DNA of 64,000 nucleotides from Desulfosoma sp. (GTDB lineage Bacteria; Desulfobacterota; Syntrophobacteria; Syntrophobacterales; DSM-9756): NCBI GenBank assembly GCA_037481835.1, contig JBBFKW010000013.1, positions 64,001 to 128,000 of the forward strand, read 5' to 3'. Shown piece by piece: positions 58,937 to 64,000 of this stretch (position 1 is its first letter; each line of letters starts with the position of its first letter). The notes under the pieces were generated by a model. It saw only the letters and a program-made list of their open reading frames with translations, ran no database searches and was not told where the DNA came from. The position numbers and the translations under genes were made by a program.

Positions 58937-61299
58937 CCGTGACCTCCTTGTTCAAGCCGTGGATCCAGGCTGGGGGTGTCCAAAACCGTCGTATCCCTGC
59001 TGAGTCGGGATCGGTTTTCCGTGACCGGCCGGAGCGGCGGCCGCGATTCCAGGGCGGTGTCCACCGCCACAAGGGAGGCGATGCCCACCACGAGGTTTTG
59101 CGAGGCGGCGACGACACGGGTTTCCACGTGAGCGGGGGTCTCCCGGGCCGCCACGAGACGCACCAGGGCCGTCAACTCTTCGGGCGTGTCTCGGCGCACC
59201 AGAACCGTCACCCGATGGGCGAATTGTTCGAAAAGGGCTGCCACGACGGCTTCCTCTTCGGCGCCTTCGGCAATCTGCGGCCGAAAAAGAGCGAGGAATT
59301 CCCGTTCTTCTTCGGCGCCGAGAAAAAGGCTGCGGCCCAGGACACTGTTCCCGCTCCCGGTGATTCCGGACGTCAGCGGATCTTCTTCGTCCGTGAGGTC
59401 GGCGCCCAAAATGGTGGCGAAGGTCCGCCGCATGCGAAAATCTTCGACGACGACGATTCTTCCCTGAGCGATGCCGCCGTCCGTGGCGATGTCCAGAGCC
59501 CGTCGCAGTCCGTCCACAGTGCCGTGGGAGCGGAAAAGGATCATGGCTTCCCGGATGAAGCGCCGTCTGGCCCGTTCCGAAAAGGCGGGTTCGAGGGTGA
59601 GTCCGAACCAGGAGGCGAGCCAAGGCAGGGCGTGGGAGGCGGCGGCATCGGGATCTGTGAGCCTGTGGGCGGCGGCCACCCGGTCTTCCATGGGGGTGAG
59701 GACCCCTTCGAAAAGGCACAGGAACCGTTCCAAAAAGTCCGGACCCGAAGGAGGTCCCGCCGCGTCGGCATCGGACCCCGAAAGGGTTTCCTTGTAGTGG
59801 TCCGGCAGGTACCGATCCCGATACGAAAAACGCGGGGCGTAGACGCGTAGCGCCGCCACTTCCGGGCCGGCCTGGCCCGTGCCGAAAAGATCCAGGGCGA
59901 GCCAAAGAAAGCGGCCTTGAAGGGAGCGGACCCGGGTTCCGGGGCGTTGCACGAGGACCATGAAAAGACCGGCGCGGTCCCGGTCCAGGGGACAGTCCAG
60001 GAATCCTCGATGAAAGGGAATTTCCGAAGGGAAAGGAACCCAACTCCCCCTTGGAACGGCTGAGGACGACAGGGAGGGGTCGAGCTCGGGCACGGTTCCG
60101 AAATGGAAGGGGACAAAACGATCCCGAGGGGGCGGATCGGGATCGTCGCTGACGGCCAATCGAACCCGAACACCGGTTCCCGGGGGAAACGTCCCTTCCA
60201 GGTAAAGCCGGTGCCACACAGTTTTCGGCGAGCCGCTGTCGAACGGTCGGGCGGCGTCAACCGCGGCTTTCTTGACGAGGCAGGGGTGAGACAGCCGATG
60301 CAGCGGTCTGGGTTTCGGGCTTTCTTGGGCCCCATCGGTGGGGCTCTCCAGGTAGTGCACCGGGGCATGAAGGCTGTTGCACAAGGGGCCGCCGTTCCAG
60401 CCGGGCAGTGGATAGTAGTCCCCAACCGGATCGACGGCGGTCCCGATTCCCGTGGGGAGGTGAAAGACGAAGGCGTTTTTGGCGTGTTCCACCACGACGG
60501 CCCATCGGTTTTCTCCCACCCAGCCGATGGAAAAGGGAGTGGAAAGGCCGCTGAGGATGTCCGGAGGGAAAAAGCGGGTTCCGTCCCACACGACTACCCG
60601 GGCGTCCCCGTCAGCCGTCCAGAAGAGAAAGGCCATATGCCCGAAGGAGGCGGCCGCGGCGGCGACGAGTTCCCAGGTTTCGGGAACGGGAAGGGCGATA
60701 GGGCAACCCATGACGGGAGGGTTGGGGTTTTCCGCGCATGGCCTTCCGATCTCGGGAGAAAAGGAGCGGGAAAGATGTTTTGGAAAAGGGACGCCTTCGA
60801 TGGGGGCCATGATCTTGTGTCGGCGCTCCAAGGCCCAGGCGCCGCCTTGAGGACGAGCCAGGACCCGGTCAGGCTGGATATCGGGGCGGCTCAAGGACAC
60901 CGGCTGCCATCGTTCCAAGACGTCCGTCATGACCACCCATCGCCCTCCGCCGGATGTCTCAACGATAAGCCACAGAACCCCTTCCGGCCCGGCAGCGGCA
61001 TCCCGCACGGTTTCGGTCTCTTCCACCCTGTGGATGACCACGGGCTGAGGGAATGCGCCCGCCGCTTCCACGGCTTTGCCGTCGCGGGAAATGACAGCCC
61101 AGGTTCCATAGGCGTCCACGGTCCCTCGAAGACTGTCGGCGGCCACCCTGGCCGAGGCCTTGTCCGGGTCGGAAATTGTCACGGCCCGGCGTGAGGCCAG
61201 CCGCAGCACGCGCCGCTTGGAATCCCAGGTCGCATCGTCGCCGAGCACCCAGTCGCCAACGTCGCTACACATCCAGAAGCGCGCCCCGTTGGCATCCAT
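58933..61299 (-). CDS. Phage tail protein I-like baseplate wedge protein with large N-terminal extension
   Basis: YLPDHY...FLERFLCLFE...LPWLASWFG...GTVDGLRRAL...PAH. ATG overlaps the baseplate-J TGA. Confidence 0.82.
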   Translation of the reverse strand: MDANGARFWMCSDVGDWVLGDDATWDSKRRVLRLASRRAVTISDPDKASARVAADSLRGTVDAYGTWAVISRDGKAVEAAGAFPQPVVIHRVEETETVRDAAAGPEGVLWLIVETSGGGRWVVMTDVLERWQPVSLSRPDIQPDRVLARPQGGAWALERRHKIMAPIEGVPFPKHLSRSFSPEIGRPCAENPNPPVMGCPIALPVPETWELVAAAAASFGHMAFLFWTADGDARVVVWDGTRFFPPDILSGLSTPFSIGWVGENRWAVVVEHAKNAFVFHLPTGIGTAVDPVGDYYPLPGWNGGPLCNSLHAPVHYLESPTDGAQESPKPRPLHRLSHPCLVKKAAVDAARPFDSGSPKTVWHRLYLEGTFPPGTGVRVRLAVSDDPDPPPRDRFVPFHFGTVPELDPSLSSSAVPRGSWVPFPSEIPFHRGFLDCPLDRDRAGLFMVLVQRPGTRVRSLQGRFLWLALDLFGTGQAGPEVAALRVYAPRFSYRDRYLPDHYKETLSGSDADAAGPPSGPDFLERFLCLFEGVLTPMEDRVAAAHRLTDPDAAASHALPWLASWFGLTLEPAFSERARRRFIREAMILFRSHGTVDGLRRALDIATDGGIAQGRIVVVEDFRMRRTFATILGADLTDEEDPLTSGITGSGNSVLGRSLFLGAEEEREFLALFRPQIAEGAEEEAVVAALFEQFAHRVTVLVRRDTPEELTALVRLVAARETPAHVETRVVAASQNLVVGIASLVAVDTALESRPPLRPVTENRSRLSRDTTVLDTPSLDPRLEQGGHG

Positions 61300-63509
61300 C
61301 AACACACCTCCGGCACCACAGGAATGGGAACGGCAAGTGCCTCTGAGCTCATCGCATCCAAGGGCGGCCGAAAGGCTGCAACGGCCTGATCCCCCTCGTC
61401 GCAAACGGCGTGGAGGAGCTCGGGAAGCTGCCATGGGTCCAGCGGGAAAACAGCGGGTTTTCCTTCAGCCACTGCTTCCACGGCTTTCCATCCGTCCGTT
61501 TCCAAGGAAAAGAGTCGGACCTCGCTGACGTGCCGAACGCCGGGAACCCGAGCGACCATGGTTTCCACGTCCCGATCCACGACGGCCGCGCCCAGGGGCC
61601 ATCCCGTGCCGGCCAGGCCGCCGGGAGGCAGAGGCCAGAGGAATCTTTGGAGTGCATGCCGCACGTTCTGGAGCACCTGATCCCGAATATGGCCCGATTG
61701 AAGGTGCACCGCGGCGGCAACGGCCAGGGGCTTGTATTCCACGCCGATCACGTACAATTCCGTACCCACGGGCCGCCGGGCATCCAAATAAGCGTGGACC
61801 CGTTCCAGGGTGAGTCGATCGGGCCTGGGACACGGAGGGAGAAGGTCTTCTTTGGCAGGGAGCACAACGACACTGACAACGCCGGGGACATCGAAGCGCC
61901 GCTGCTGCGGTTTGAAACGGGAGAGCACTTCCACGCGGCCGACACGAACGGCCGGAGTTTCCGCCGCCAGGCTCCTGTAGTCGTCTTCGGTGACGGCCCG
62001 GTCTTGATGACGCAAGGTTTCGGGGATGCGCTTTTCGGCCTGCGCCAAGGTTTCCGCGTCGTCCCCGCCGGATGTGGCCAGAGGCTGCCAGGCTTTACAT
62101 TGGGGATGGGAGACGGCGTTCAAAGTCATAGGCGGGAGATTACCCCTCCGACCGCCGCCGAATCGCAGGGTATCGACCCGAAGGCGCATCCCGGCTTCCG
62201 GAATGCGCCCCCTCACGCCGTCCCCAAAGCGGATCTTCCCGGCTTCTGCATCCAGTTCGTAGGCCCGATCGTCCCGGTCCGAAGTGTTCAGATCGTGCGT
62301 GCGGCGCCACACGACGAAACCGTCCACGGAATCTTCCACGGCTACCACGAGCGTTTCCGGATCCACCGATGTTCCGGGCAGTTGGAACTCTTGATCCGCC
62401 GTGCCGTCGGAAGTGCCGATGACGACGTTACGGATCGTTCTTCTTTGATCGATGGGGACGACGTTGACGCCCACCCAAGAAACGGACAGGCTTTCGAGAG
62501 GGCGTGTCGGTCGCATGCGAATCCAGGCGATAAGACGCGAGGCCTTTTCCGAATCGTCCAACCGCGGAGGCCTGTCTCCCACGCCGGCGAAAAGGTCCCG
62601 TTCCACATCGTTTTCGGGGGCGCTTATATCGTCCGCATCCGGTAAGATGAGCCGCAGGACGCCTTCCCGGACGAGCCCCGAGGTGCCGTCTTCGGCCATG
62701 TCCATAGTGAGATATTCCGGTTCGCCCGACGGAAAGCGCCGGCGGGACGTGATTTCCCACACGTGGGGCACCGCGGCCCGTGCGCCCAAGACCTCCAGGA
62801 TGCCGGGGACTTTCAGGGCGGGAGACCACCCCACATTGAGAACCCTGGGACCCGCCGCGTCCCGGGACAAAGCCCTCCTTACTGCGGCGACGTCCGCCTT
62901 TTGAGGGGCGAAGAGGGCCAACCAGAGGCAGCCGTCGATGGTGCCCGCGGCGATATCCACACCGCTTGGGTCGGCTTGCCGGTTTGGGAAAAGAGGCGTC
63001 GTGATGTAAGGCACGGAGCCCGGAGCTTCTCGGGTTGCGCCCAAACCGTAGACGGATTCCAAGCCGGCGATGACGTCTTCAAGGCGCTTCATTTCCTCCG
63101 CGGACGGCCTCCTCTTGAGATAGGGCTCCCCTTCAAGGGGCAGCACCATGATCTCTCCCGTCGTTTCAAAGGGCACGGGCCCGGTCACGGCCGTGCCCAC
63201 TGGCACGGACAAGATGTCGGGTTTTTGGGGGTTGGACGATTCCAAGACGAGGAGTCCGCAGGCGGCCACCGCGGCTTTCAAGGGGATGTGAAGCAGTTTC
63301 AAAAAAGCCAGGCGCTGCCGCTCGGGGATGCGGTTGGCCCGATACAAGAGGGCGTCGGCGAGCCATGCGAAGAGTTCCAGGATCGTCCGGCCGGGATCCC
63401 CCAGAGCCGGATGGGTCCATTCCGGCGTGTGCCCAGGGATCCTGTCAAGCAGCTCGCGAACCCAATCGTCGAAACCCCTGTCATCCAAAGACGGTACGGA
63501 AATGGGCAT
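61299..63509 (-). CDS. Baseplate J/gp6-like assembly protein
   Basis: PSLDDR, PEWT...DPGRTILELFAW, RFGDGVRGRIP, GGDDAE, RAVTEDDY, GWPLG. Confidence 0.92.
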   Translation of the reverse strand: MPISVPSLDDRGFDDWVRELLDRIPGHTPEWTHPALGDPGRTILELFAWLADALLYRANRIPERQRLAFLKLLHIPLKAAVAACGLLVLESSNPQKPDILSVPVGTAVTGPVPFETTGEIMVLPLEGEPYLKRRPSAEEMKRLEDVIAGLESVYGLGATREAPGSVPYITTPLFPNRQADPSGVDIAAGTIDGCLWLALFAPQKADVAAVRRALSRDAAGPRVLNVGWSPALKVPGILEVLGARAAVPHVWEITSRRRFPSGEPEYLTMDMAEDGTSGLVREGVLRLILPDADDISAPENDVERDLFAGVGDRPPRLDDSEKASRLIAWIRMRPTRPLESLSVSWVGVNVVPIDQRRTIRNVVIGTSDGTADQEFQLPGTSVDPETLVVAVEDSVDGFVVWRRTHDLNTSDRDDRAYELDAEAGKIRFGDGVRGRIPEAGMRLRVDTLRFGGGRRGNLPPMTLNAVSHPQCKAWQPLATSGGDDAETLAQAEKRIPETLRHQDRAVTEDDYRSLAAETPAVRVGRVEVLSRFKPQQRRFDVPGVVSVVVLPAKEDLLPPCPRPDRLTLERVHAYLDARRPVGTELYVIGVEYKPLAVAAAVHLQSGHIRDQVLQNVRHALQRFLWPLPPGGLAGTGWPLGAAVVDRDVETMVARVPGVRHVSEVRLFSLETDGWKAVEAVAEGKPAVFPLDPWQLPELLHAVCDEGDQAVAAFRPPLDAMSSEALAVPIPVVPEVC

Positions 63510-63512
63510 GGC

Positions 63513-63917
63513 TCAGCTCTCCAAGGTCATGGTCAGGGCCGTCCGGGCCGGCCGATTGGTGCGCCGCAGCCTGTAGACGATTTCCACGCGGATTCGATCA
63601 GGGGTGTCGGCCACGGCTTCCACAAGCACATGATCCACCAGAATTCTCGGTTCCCATTTTTCCAGAGCGTCCAAGACGGCATCGTGAATCCGCCGACGGG
63701 TGCTCAACGTGTTCGGTTCGTGAACAAAGCGGCCCAGACCTGCGCCGAAAGCCGGACGCATGAGAAGCTCCCCGGGTTGAGTGAGCAGCACGATGCGGAT
63801 GCTCTGGCGGACGCTCTCCTCCAAAGAGGGGAAGTGGAGACGCCCGTCCGAATCGGGGACCGGAAGAAGGGGCCAGCCGATGGGTTCCGGCGGAAGATGG
63901 CTCGTCTTTCCAGGCAT
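63513..63917 (-). CDS. GPW/gp25 baseplate protein
   Basis: VRQSIRIVLLTQPGELLMRPAFGAGL...WEPRI; GGAGG upstream. Confidence 0.93.
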   Translation of the reverse strand: MPGKTSHLPPEPIGWPLLPVPDSDGRLHFPSLEESVRQSIRIVLLTQPGELLMRPAFGAGLGRFVHEPNTLSTRRRIHDAVLDALEKWEPRILVDHVLVEAVADTPDRIRVEIVYRLRRTNRPARTALTMTLES

Positions 63918-64000
63918 GCGGATGCGTCCTCCTGAAATGTTGACATTCGCGACGTCAAGAAGCGCCAGACTTTCTGGTTAGCGCCCAAAAGACCGGCCTA

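Noticed and set aside
47994..63917. Prophage or T6SS
   Set aside because: No capsid, terminase, integrase, TssJLM or ClpV genes in the window. The Afp15-type ATPase and DUF4157 point to eCIS, though the upstream part is outside the window.

Overview
GC-rich bacterial chromosomal segment, most likely from an anaerobic Desulfobacterota (Syntrophobacterales-like) sulfate reducer; this is inferred from gene content only. It has four blocks. (1) 1-6.5 kb, energy metabolism: an FlxA/AsrB-type FAD/NAD oxidoreductase, an HdrD/DsrK-like Fe-S CCG protein whose in-frame TGA (PE-U-GHAY) plus downstream hairpin marks it as a selenoprotein, YjbQ and an ADP-forming acyl-CoA ligase. (2) 6.6-23.5 kb, an oxidative-stress/metal cluster all on the + strand: Tpx, desulfoferrodoxin, ferritin, three rubrerythrin/ferritin-like proteins, a ZIP transporter, an exported octaheme HAO-like cytochrome with a TlpA, a peroxiredoxin and DsrE, flavodoxin, YyaL, a SagB-type nitroreductase, CopZ/CopA, a rubredoxin missed by the ORF track, and ferredoxin. 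(3) 23.5-40.6 kb: a hybrid PAS histidine kinase broken by a frameshift in a C8 tract, a Wsp-like chemosensory operon ending in a REC-GGDEF cyclase, PflX, FprA and a TPR protein. (4) 40.7-64 kb, minus strand: the distal half of an extracellular contractile injection system (eCIS) operon, with gp25, baseplate J, a tail-I-like protein, three paralogous proteins sharing an N-terminal module, a tape-measure-like protein, an AAA ATPase, then a patatin/DUF3376 protein and a 1407-aa DUF4157 protein with a pre-toxin-like segment and a nucleotidyltransferase-like motif (candidate new effector). GTAG/GTCG-type REP palindromes occur at four intergenic sites, including a 4-copy tandem array that supplies the fprA stop codon. 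No rRNA, tRNA, CRISPR array or transposase was seen.
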